This document shows, piece by piece, positions 8,196-15,827 of a DNA stretch of 32,000 nucleotides (its first letter is position 1; the number at the start of each line of letters is the position of its first letter). Below the pieces are notes generated by a model. The model did no database searches. It was not told where the DNA came from and was given only the letters and a program-made list of their open reading frames with translations. This DNA comes from Pyrodictium abyssi. Its GTDB lineage: Archaea > Thermoproteota > Thermoprotei_A > Sulfolobales > Pyrodictiaceae. A program made the translations under genes and the position numbers. The DNA lies in NCBI RefSeq assembly GCF_036323395.1, contig NZ_AP028907.1, positions 1,530,001 through 1,562,000 of the forward strand, in the 5' to 3' direction.

Positions 8196-9116
8196 GTGGT
8201 AGAGATAATAGAGTTTAACGATGTACGCGACGCCGTAGAGAGAATAGCTAGTAAGCTCCCATTAGTCGATGAGAAGCTCAGACTTCTCGTCGAGCGAAAC
8301 ATTGGTATAAAGCGTGTCACAAATCATGTAGCTTCTCCCGACCCGGTGTATGCTGTAGACTCCGCCTTTCCACGCTCGCCGCTCGACTTAGTAGGCATGT
8401 CGATGAGCATCGTGGCTGTGGCGGTGGCCAAGTATTCCCGCGGTAGGACAAGGGTCAAACGTACTAGAAGAATACTCGTTGAATTCCTCGGAGAACTAGA
8501 CCAGGACTATGTGGCGGCATTTGCTAGGCTTGAGGAGCGCCGGCACGCGTTAAACACTATGGATGAAGCCGAGCTGCTAGTAATTGATGGAGAAATTCTC
8601 CCACGTCGCGGTAGCTCGGAGCTCTGGGCTAACGTAGAGTCTCTGAGCATAATGCTTGTCAAAGAACTACTCCGCAGGGGTGTGCCAGTAGTAGGCGTGC
8701 TTAAACGGAGCTATTCAAAGCACATAGCGGGTATGATAGGTGTGCCTCTTAGTGATAAGGCTATTGCATCGCTTGTGCTGCGCCGGGGAGAATTTATCGA
8801 GGTTACACACAATCGAGAGCAGCTAGCCAAGCTAGGATGTAGGATAGTCTTCTACAAGCCGTTACGAGGATTTGCGGAGGCTGTAAAGCTGGAAGTATGT
8901 AGCAGACAGGTGCCGGTAGACGACGTGGTAGCCGTCCTGGCTAGGGAGGCCGGCCCTACTGGGCTACCATGGATGATAGACCTGGTCGACTCTGTGGTTA
9001 AGAAGGAGGTTGCTCATATAGGTGCTGTGCATAGCCTTCTCCTCGCTAGGCTAGCTCGCGGCAGGAGGCATACCCTAGCATACCATACGAATCCGCAGGA
9101 GAAGAACCGTGCCTAG
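8196..9116 (+). CDS. NurA-domain (5'-3' nuclease-like) protein, orphan
   Basis: 306 aa. The motif order resembles NurA: VYAVDSAF (the DxS/DGS site), ARLEERRHAL, LLVIDGEILPR, VVGVLKRSYSK, LSDKAIASLVLRRGEF, IVFYKP, VKLEV, then LPWMIDLVDSVVKKEV. This comes from recalled family patterns only. Confidence 0.55.
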   Translation: MVEIIEFNDVRDAVERIASKLPLVDEKLRLLVERNIGIKRVTNHVASPDPVYAVDSAFPRSPLDLVGMSMSIVAVAVAKYSRGRTRVKRTRRILVEFLGELDQDYVAAFARLEERRHALNTMDEAELLVIDGEILPRRGSSELWANVESLSIMLVKELLRRGVPVVGVLKRSYSKHIAGMIGVPLSDKAIASLVLRRGEFIEVTHNREQLAKLGCRIVFYKPLRGFAEAVKLEVCSRQVPVDDVVAVLAREAGPTGLPWMIDLVDSVVKKEVAHIGAVHSLLLARLARGRRHTLAYHTNPQEKNRA

Positions 9117-9180
9117 ACCTAAGCTTAGAGCCGGGAGCGCGCCATAGGCAATGCGGCAGATATGGTGATTGTGTGAGGTG

Positions 9181-9290
9181 TTTGCCCCCGACCCCCAGCC
9201 GTGAGGATCCGCCGCTCATCCCGGAGGGAGCTGGCTGCGCCCCCTCGGGGCTGTCGCGGCGGCGAGCCCCGCCGGTCAGTGTTACGTATC
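9181..9290. ncRNA. GC-rich structured island, candidate ncRNA of unknown class
   Basis: Bases 9181-9280 are 77% GC by direct count, against roughly 50% in flanking DNA. A 7-bp stem (9209-9215 ccgccgc with 9256-9262 gcggcgg) encloses two short GC hairpins (9219-9229 and 9239-9251). The island lies in the 214-nt gap between two convergent genes. The strand is undetermined. Confidence 0.35.
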
Positions 9291-9330
9291 AGTGCGGTGG
9301 GTGTATAAGTGTCGCTTCTTCATTGAGGGT

Positions 9331-10029
9331 TTAGCTGTGGTATGCTTCCTCTATGTCGCTTGGAGCTACGCAGCCTGTAAGGTACGCATAGTTGAGTGCT
9401 GCCCTGGCTGTCGTGGCTGCTGCTCTATGTATCTCTGGATTCCAGGTGCTGTGGAGTACGCAGCTATACGATGATAGAACAGTGTATACGAGCCATCTAA
9501 TAGTGTCGCATGATACCTTTTCTATCCGGTAGCGTGCCCAGTGGCGTAGCCGTGTAAAGGCTATTAGCAGCTCTATGCTGCATCCGAGGCTCCTCGCATA
9601 CGTGTACCATCCCGATCCCTCCTCTACAAGTATGGGCTCCAATACAAGTACTATGGTGTTGTTGGCTGCGGTGTATCGGGCAGACACAACGGCTTCGATG
9701 CGGGGTCCCTCTGCCTCAGGGCATGGTGCATGTATGGCCTTAGCTGGTGTGAGGCTGACTCTGTGTTTTAGTACAGCGTTGTAGTAGCTGAGAGGGTTAT
9801 AGGGCTGTGCAAGGCAAACCTCGTAAACGCTGTAGCCTAGTGAGTAAATGCGGGTGCCTGGATACAGTCGCGCGACCAAACGGTCTCTTTCACGCTTTAT
9901 GCCGAGAGGAGTAACTATGAAGGACGATGGAGCTTGTAGAACTGCTAGCAGTTCTGTGTACTGCTGTTCGGGAATGAAGGAGATGGTACTGCTGCTCGGC
10001 GAGCTGCTAGACGCCATACGTGGAACCAT
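9331..10029 (-). CDS. Hypothetical protein (no recognisable family)
   Basis: 232-aa ORF with protein-like composition (for example RLVARLYPGTRIYSLGYSVYEVCLAQPYNPLSYYNAVLKH and WYTYARSLGCSIELLIAFTRLRHWARYRIEK). The Ser-rich N-terminus overlaps the 5' part of the mptE-like ORF on the other strand. Confidence 0.4.
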   Translation of the reverse strand: MVPRMASSSSPSSSTISFIPEQQYTELLAVLQAPSSFIVTPLGIKRERDRLVARLYPGTRIYSLGYSVYEVCLAQPYNPLSYYNAVLKHRVSLTPAKAIHAPCPEAEGPRIEAVVSARYTAANNTIVLVLEPILVEEGSGWYTYARSLGCSIELLIAFTRLRHWARYRIEKVSCDTIRWLVYTVLSSYSCVLHSTWNPEIHRAAATTARAALNYAYLTGCVAPSDIEEAYHS

Positions 10030-10693
10030 GGGTTATAGCCTCCGTGAGGATTGTAGAGCTGCACGGATACTGGATCGGCTCCTCTACGAGGCTGCCCTCG
10101 AGGGAAGATATAGGAGTATTCCCAGCGTCTGCAAGACCATCGAGAGCCGGCATGTGTGTATTGCGGGTGGCTCGGAGAGCCTCGAAGACAATACTGACCA
10201 GTTGTTCGGGTGTGAGAAAATAGTAGCCGTCGACGGTGCGACAGTACTGTTAATGAAGTATGGACTCGTCCCCGATATAGTTGTCACGGATTTGGATGGC
10301 TCCTGGCACTACATCATGGAGGCTAGTAGGGCTGGAGCCATTGTAGTAGTACATGCCCATGGTGACAACATAGCCGCGCTCCGCGGGATAGTGCCTAGAA
10401 TAGAAAACGTAGCGGGGACAACACAGTGTATGGCTACACGCTTCGCGACCATAGCTCCAGGCTTCACCGACGGGGACCGTGCACTCGGCCTCGCTATAGC
10501 GTGTCGAGCCTCCCGAGTGACTCTCTACGGTATGAATACGAGGGAGCGTGTTGGCTGGTGGTCTAAGCCGTGGTTGAAGAAGAGTATAGACCCGTGGCCT
10601 GAGAAAGTACGCAAGCTGCATATCGCTGAGGGTATGATGCGCCTATTCACGGTATATGCGCTAGAGAGGGGTATCTGGGTTGAACATGTGTGA
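9974..10693 (+). CDS. mptE: 6-hydroxymethyl-7,8-dihydropterin pyrophosphokinase, archaeal MptE-like (DUF115)
   Basis: It has IAGGSESL (the GxGPSL-like site), VAVDGA, PDIVVTDLDG, VHAHGDN and FTDGDRA, the DUF115/MptE signature order. The longest ORF starts at 9848. The real start is more likely one of the ATGs at 9917, 9974, 9983 or 10028. Confidence 0.7.
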   Translation: MKEMVLLLGELLDAIRGTMGYSLREDCRAARILDRLLYEAALEGRYRSIPSVCKTIESRHVCIAGGSESLEDNTDQLFGCEKIVAVDGATVLLMKYGLVPDIVVTDLDGSWHYIMEASRAGAIVVVHAHGDNIAALRGIVPRIENVAGTTQCMATRFATIAPGFTDGDRALGLAIACRASRVTLYGMNTRERVGWWSKPWLKKSIDPWPEKVRKLHIAEGMMRLFTVYALERGIWVEHV

Positions 10694-10744
10694 TGAAGGA
10701 GTATTGTGCTGAGCCTATGGCGTGATGACTCGGTTCTCGGCTGA
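10690..10744 (+). ncRNA. C/D box sRNA (2'-O-methylation guide), canonical double-guide architecture
   Basis: Read directly, in order:
- C box GTGATGA 10690-10696
- 12-nt guide aggagtattgtg
- D' box CTGA 10709-10712
- 9-nt spacer
- C' box GTGATGA 10722-10728
- 12-nt guide ctcggttctcgg
- D box CTGA 10741-10744
All four boxes match consensus and both guides are 12 nt. The C box overlaps the mptE-like stop codon. Confidence 0.85.
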
Positions 10745-10780
10745 GGGGGACTGTGCGGACGTGTTCTAGGGTGGCAAACT

Positions 10781-11746
10781 ATGGATAGGCTGGGCATTGT
10801 CCGTGTTGAGACCGGTGCTCGGTTGCACCTGGGCTTCTATGGACTGTGTAGTGATAACGAGAGAATGCTGGGAGGTATAGGGATAGCTGTAGACGGTGCT
10901 GGCTACGTACTTGAAGCTAGGAGGTCCAGCAATGACTTGGTCAAAGGCTGCGACTCTGAAAGGGCATACCGGATACTAGAAAAGGCGAAGAAGAGACTTG
11001 GCGTGGAGGAGCCTATAGAAATCCGGATAGAGAAATGCATACCGAGCCATGTTGGTCTAGGGTCAACAACACAGCTCACACTGGCTCTCTACGCGGCTTT
11101 GGCTAAGCTGATGGGGGTGGACGTCACCAGGGCTGTGGATGCTGCTAGGAGGGGGCCGTACTCCGGCATAGGCGTAGGAGTGTTCCTGTATGGAGGCTTC
11201 ATACTGGACGCTGGTGTAAGAGCCTCAGCCAAAGACAATACTGCGAGGCCAGCTCTGAGAGGCAAGATGCCCGAGGAGTGGAGAATAGTAGCCATAATAC
11301 CCAAGACCAGCTGGCGGGTACAAGAAGGGCGTCGTGAACAAGAGCTAATGCTTATGCCGCGCGGCAGCATGGACATGTGCTGCAGGACTATGTATGCTCT
11401 TCTCCGCATGGTGGTACCTGGTATCGCAGAGCGGGATTTCCAGCTATTTGCCAGTGGTGTAGAAGAGATACAGCGTTTAACCGGGAGCTACTTCTCCGGC
11501 GCTCAAAGCGGGCTATTCTGCTGCCCTGAATCAGAAGAAGCAGCGGAAAAACTCCGCAAGGTAGGTGCAAGGGGTATAGGGCAGAGTAGCTGGGGCCCTC
11601 TCGTCTATGGCTTCTTCCCTAGTGGTTCAGCAGCAGCAAGAGCATTCAGCATGCTTAGGGACAGCTACAAAGAACGTGGCCTAGTGCTCCTGCTGAAGCC
11701 GCGCAATAGTGGTGCGCGTATAATGGAGGTATCTGGCCTTCTCTAG
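10781..11746 (+). CDS. mptG: Beta-ribofuranosylaminobenzene 5'-phosphate (beta-RFAP) synthase, GHMP-kinase fold
   Basis: 321 aa. It has VETGARLHLGF, IPSHVGLGSTTQLTLAL (GHMP motif II-like), and a C-terminal GQSSWGP, as in RFAP synthases. It sits next to the mptE-like gene. Confidence 0.75.
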   Translation: MDRLGIVRVETGARLHLGFYGLCSDNERMLGGIGIAVDGAGYVLEARRSSNDLVKGCDSERAYRILEKAKKRLGVEEPIEIRIEKCIPSHVGLGSTTQLTLALYAALAKLMGVDVTRAVDAARRGPYSGIGVGVFLYGGFILDAGVRASAKDNTARPALRGKMPEEWRIVAIIPKTSWRVQEGRREQELMLMPRGSMDMCCRTMYALLRMVVPGIAERDFQLFASGVEEIQRLTGSYFSGAQSGLFCCPESEEAAEKLRKVGARGIGQSSWGPLVYGFFPSGSAAARAFSMLRDSYKERGLVLLLKPRNSGARIMEVSGLL

Positions 11747-14376
11747 CCCTCGCGGCGGTCTTGTGGCTGCTCAACCTCTTCGTTTTCGGCTTTGTTGTCT
11801 TGTCTGGCGTTTCTACGTTCCTTGGCTTTGCGCACTTGTATTGGTTCGACGAATAGTTTGCCTCTGTCCATGCGCTCTAATAGGGTTGAAGCGCTAACAC
11901 CGACTGGTGATTCGGAGTCCAGGCCGTAGTATATCTTGAGAACCTTTCTCGCTATATCCTTGAGCGCGACCATTATGCTGTGCGGGCGTGTTCGTAGCTC
12001 TTCTGCCACAGTCTCCCAGCTCTTTCCTTGGAGTACCTTGGCTACAACTATGTACTCTTCCCGCCTAGACAGACTAAGGCCCTTAGTCTTCGGGTACATT
12101 AGCCAGTATGCCTTAGTTATCTCGTGTATCACGTCTGTTACAGCTTCATAGGTCATGGGGCCGTAGGCGTATATCCATAGGCGGTCCACTTGTATCGAGG
12201 TGAGTCTTGGGTAGTAATCCTCGAAGATAGGGTCGCCGCTCTTTAGTATCAGTAGCGCGACATCAGTTTCAAGGTCCCGGTAGGGGTCGTGAAGGCTCTC
12301 AAGCACCTTTCTCTTAAACTCCCTATTGGCTATTGAAGTAAGCTTCTTCATGATCTCCTTTATCGGGTTAAGCACTAGTATAGTGTACTCGCCGCTCACA
12401 GGGTTTCGGTCCGGCGACATGTGGACTGGCAGGAACCCGTTCTTTAGCCAGAATCGTAGAAGCTGGTCATTGACGCCGAAGCCGCTTCCAACCCAGTCTA
12501 GCCCTTCTTCTTCGGCCTCCTTCTTCACCTGCTCTAGGGCGAATGAACCTATACCCTTCCCCTGTACACCGGGGTGTGTTGCTATGCGCACTATGCGCCA
12601 GCCTCTAGCGCTCCCGAACTCTCTGACACGTAGATGTTTCAGCATTCGGTCCGGTATGATGTTTCCAGGTGTTTTTCCTCCGCGTAGAAGCTCCTCTATC
12701 ATCTCGTCGTCTAGGCCACCCTCGTTTGCTATCTGGAGCGCGCATACAATCTTCCCGGACGGCAGCCTCACTCCTCTTATAATATGGTGTGGTGCATCAG
12801 CTAGTATTGCTAGGTCGTCTGGCTCGTTTCGGTAGTGTGCTAGAACGTATATGCCGAAAAGCTGGCGTAGGGACTCTTCTCCTTCTGGGCTGAATAGCCA
12901 GCTCGGATCAAATCGCACATACTCTAGTCTGCCCTGCTTTATAGCCTCTATGTCTTCATCATCGAGCTCTGCCGGCTCGGCATCTAGCAGTAGAGCGTCA
13001 AAGAGCCATCGCTCTATCGGGTCGTCGCGTGCATAACGAATAGGTTCGTGCATTTCTACTTGGATGAGTTCTGTCCTGGGGTCGTTCTTGAGGACTGGGA
13101 GGAACCTCACAGAGAAGCCGCGTCCAGCGCCCTCGTAGCCATGTATAGTTGTTGCGAATATCATCCGGTTGTGATGGCGCCATATACGGTGTAGAAGCGG
13201 TACGTGCATGCCAGCGGCCTCGTCGACTATGACAACATCAGCTTTGAGTTTGGGTACATGTATTGGCTCCCAGTACTCTATGCTGAAGCCTTCGCCGTGC
13301 AGTTCTAGTACACGCTCTCCATGCTTGACTATTCGTGTCCTTATCTCGAGCTTCTCAGCGGCCTTTATGGCGAGCGTGAAGAATGACTGTACGTTGGCTA
13401 GGTTTGGCGCAGTGACTATGATACGTACTCTTCTGCGTTCGCGGCGGAGCCTCATAGCTAAGCCTATGGACGCTATTCCTACAGCGCCAGACTTTCCTCT
13501 ACCCCTATCAGAAGTTATTACTATCGCCTTCTTCTTTTTCTTGCTCCTCTCGAGGAGAGACTCAATGGTTTTTATGACGTTTACCTGGTCCTGGGTCAGA
13601 GCTAGCTCGTAGAGTTCGCGGGGGAAGACAGTCTTCTCGGGGATCTTTATCTCCTCCTTGGTGTAGCGTCTTAGCGGGTAGTCGTCTGCCTTTATGGTGT
13701 CCTCCTCATCTACGTCATATATGTAGATTCCATCATGCTCTATGAGCTTGCGCTTGAACCACCTTATGAATATGTGTCGTGGCTCCTTATAGCCTGGTAC
13801 TACTAGATTCTGCTTAAATATGGTCATCCACTTATCCCACTTAATCCAAGGAGGAACCAAGAATATTATGAGGCCGCCTCCCTCAACTATGCCGACTAGC
13901 CTGCCAACATCGTTCGGCTTTAGATCATTGACCAGGTCCATTACGAGGAGTTTGAATGTTGTGCCTAGGAATCTGTCGCTTTCCTCGTATCTCGCTATAG
14001 TCGACGTTACCATGTTGGCCCTAGATTTTATAACTCTTTTGACTACTTCTTTGCGTATCTTAGCGTCTTTGAATTCGTCGTGGAACACGTATAGTAGCGG
14101 TAGCTCTTCTTTGCCCTTCACTCTACGGTATACTCTCTCGTAGAATAGCAGTGCTCTCGCGGCTGCTGCCCCTACCTTTACCGGATCACTACCCGTAATT
14201 ACTAGGAGGCGTCTATGCCTAGAAACTATGGCTCTTTCTATTCCCTTGCTTAGTTTTCTTAGCAGTTTGTTAAAGCTAGCTGGTATATACTCCTTCAGGT
14301 TCTCGGCTACACGTCTGCCAATATCCTCTATGTCCTTCTTAGTAAGATCCTCGTAGCTGACGTCGGTGCTGCCCAA
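11743..14376 (-). CDS. tmcA: tRNA/RNA cytidine N4-acetyltransferase (TmcA / Nat10 homologue)
   Basis: 877 aa. It has a DUF1726-like N-terminus, the helicase-type P-loop ITSDRGRGKSGAVG, IVDEAA, the GNAT core RIATHPGVQGKGIGSFAL, and a C-terminal tRNA-binding-like region with a basic tail. The longest-ORF start is TTG. Confidence 0.9.
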   Translation of the reverse strand: MGSTDVSYEDLTKKDIEDIGRRVAENLKEYIPASFNKLLRKLSKGIERAIVSRHRRLLVITGSDPVKVGAAAARALLFYERVYRRVKGKEELPLLYVFHDEFKDAKIRKEVVKRVIKSRANMVTSTIARYEESDRFLGTTFKLLVMDLVNDLKPNDVGRLVGIVEGGGLIIFLVPPWIKWDKWMTIFKQNLVVPGYKEPRHIFIRWFKRKLIEHDGIYIYDVDEEDTIKADDYPLRRYTKEEIKIPEKTVFPRELYELALTQDQVNVIKTIESLLERSKKKKKAIVITSDRGRGKSGAVGIASIGLAMRLRRERRRVRIIVTAPNLANVQSFFTLAIKAAEKLEIRTRIVKHGERVLELHGEGFSIEYWEPIHVPKLKADVVIVDEAAGMHVPLLHRIWRHHNRMIFATTIHGYEGAGRGFSVRFLPVLKNDPRTELIQVEMHEPIRYARDDPIERWLFDALLLDAEPAELDDEDIEAIKQGRLEYVRFDPSWLFSPEGEESLRQLFGIYVLAHYRNEPDDLAILADAPHHIIRGVRLPSGKIVCALQIANEGGLDDEMIEELLRGGKTPGNIIPDRMLKHLRVREFGSARGWRIVRIATHPGVQGKGIGSFALEQVKKEAEEEGLDWVGSGFGVNDQLLRFWLKNGFLPVHMSPDRNPVSGEYTILVLNPIKEIMKKLTSIANREFKRKVLESLHDPYRDLETDVALLILKSGDPIFEDYYPRLTSIQVDRLWIYAYGPMTYEAVTDVIHEITKAYWLMYPKTKGLSLSRREEYIVVAKVLQGKSWETVAEELRTRPHSIMVALKDIARKVLKIYYGLDSESPVGVSASTLLERMDRGKLFVEPIQVRKAKERRNARQDNKAENEEVEQPQDRREG

Positions 14377-14531
14377 AAGCCCTCTTCCCCGCTAAGCTAG
14401 GCAGAACACTTGGGAGAGGGTTATGTAGATGGATGGTGCCCGACATAACTTCCGTTAAAACAGTGAATCAACGAGACGATAGCACGAGGTCGCGCTCTCC
14501 AGGGCTTCTAGGCAACGCTATTGTAATGCTT

Positions 14532-15827
14532 TTAAATAATGTCATCCATATTCTCTAGCTCATCTATAGGTATTGTCCTCTGTTCACGCTTTTCTAGATC
14601 GCGTAGAACGAGTTTTCCTTCTCTAGCTTCCCGCTCCCCTATTATCACTGCGTAGCGGTATCCTTGCTTGGCTAGTTTTGGAAGCATTTTCTGAAGCTTG
14701 GAGCCCGTGTATAATACTGCTGAGACTCCTCTCTTAGCGGCTAGTATGTCCTGGACCCGGGCAGCGTAGGCTGTTAGGGCCTCGTTAAGAACCAGTACAG
14801 CTACTTGGGTTTTAGCCTCGTATACATGTCTCGGCCTTATTTCGAGCTCCCGCATAGCGGCTAAGGTTCTGTCAAGGCCTATAGCGAATCCTGTGCCAGG
14901 CACTTTTTCACCGCCATAAAGCTCTATGAGGTTGTCGTAGCGGCCGCCGCCAGCTATGCTTACAGGGAAACCTGGCACTTTGACCTCGAATATTGTACCT
15001 GTGTAATACGCTAGTCCGCGTGCAAAGGCTAAATCAACCTCAAGTTTTAGCCTGTCGTTATACTCTCTGAGCATGACTACGAGCTTGCCAAACTCTTCTA
15101 GTATCTGAACAGCCTCATCGTCTACTTGTGATACTATCTTTTTTGCGTCATCTATGCTATTCCTTGCTTTTGTCCACAACTCTTCCAGGAGACCTGCTAG
15201 GCTCGGATGGCCTGCCTCTACTAGTACTTCTATGGCTTCGTTGTACATGTCCTTATCCATCAGATGTAGTATGTGGTCCTGCGTTTCCTCGCCTATGCCG
15301 TATTTTGCAAACAAGTATCTATACAGCTTTGTAGTGCCTATTTTTAACACTATATTGTCTAGCATGTCTATTTGCTCGTAGAACTTTGCTAGGATCTTTA
15401 TGACTTCGAAGTCGCCTATAATAGAAGGCTCGCCGAGTAGCTCTATGCCAGCTTGCCAGAACTCTCTATACCTAGCTTTTTGCGGCTCCTCGTATCTGAA
15501 GCAGTTAACAACGTAGTAGAGACGTATAGGCTTGGGCCGGCCTCGTAGGTGTTTTAGGTATATTCTTGCGATGCTTGCTGTAGCCTCAGGTCTCAGTGCT
15601 ACCTCTCTTCCTGCCTTATCTTTGAATACATACATTGAGCGTCTTATCTCCTCGCCGGATTTTACGGCAAACAGTTGGAACCGTTCTAGTGTCGGTGGCT
15701 TTACCTCCATGTAGCCATAGGCTTCGGCAAGCCGTGAGAATAGCTCAGCGAGCCTGGATAGTGCGTGTGAATCTGGCGGTAATATGTCCCGGAATCCGCG
15801 GAGTGGCTCCAGGACTATCTGTGTCAA
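14532..15827 (-). CDS. hisS: Histidyl-tRNA synthetase
   Basis: 431 aa class II aaRS. It has LRGFRDILP, LRPEATASIAR, FRYEEPQKARYREFWQ and GGGRYD motifs. The TTG start overlaps the stop of the upstream endA-like gene (TTGA). Confidence 0.95.
   Translation of the reverse strand: MTQIVLEPLRGFRDILPPDSHALSRLAELFSRLAEAYGYMEVKPPTLERFQLFAVKSGEEIRRSMYVFKDKAGREVALRPEATASIARIYLKHLRGRPKPIRLYYVVNCFRYEEPQKARYREFWQAGIELLGEPSIIGDFEVIKILAKFYEQIDMLDNIVLKIGTTKLYRYLFAKYGIGEETQDHILHLMDKDMYNEAIEVLVEAGHPSLAGLLEELWTKARNSIDDAKKIVSQVDDEAVQILEEFGKLVVMLREYNDRLKLEVDLAFARGLAYYTGTIFEVKVPGFPVSIAGGGRYDNLIELYGGEKVPGTGFAIGLDRTLAAMRELEIRPRHVYEAKTQVAVLVLNEALTAYAARVQDILAAKRGVSAVLYTGSKLQKMLPKLAKQGYRYAVIIGEREAREGKLVLRDLEKREQRTIPIDELENMDDII

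Noticed and set aside
9181-9290. Possible tRNA, 5S rRNA, SRP RNA, RNase P RNA, C/D or H/ACA identity for the GC-rich island
   Set aside because: The 7-bp stem encloses only 40 nt, which is too short for a cloverleaf. There is no T-loop (GTTCRAATC) or D-loop motif. The 5S loop C/E, SRP helix 8 (GGAA...AGCAGC) and RNase P CR-I sequences are absent. There is no RUGAUGA/CUGA pair at guide spacing and no ACA box 3' of the stem. A short resemblance (CGUGAGGAUCCGC) to a 5S sequence I half remember is not supported by the rest of the element.
9173-9334. A 53-aa plus-strand ORF and a 57-aa minus-strand ORF through the GC-rich island, and the Cys-rich 60-aa ORF at 9292-9474
   Set aside because: The first two give Pro/Arg/Gly low-complexity peptides with GC-rich codons unlike the rest of the window. 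The third overlaps the 3' end of the 232-aa gene in antisense. None looks coding.
12954-12964. Other TGATGA/TCATCA occurrences inside coding regions (for example 12954-12964, 17931-17942, 18949-18954, 21594-21599, 24671-24680, 30520-30526)
   Set aside because: I checked each by eye for a CTGA 10-13 nt downstream and a second box pair. None has the required architecture.
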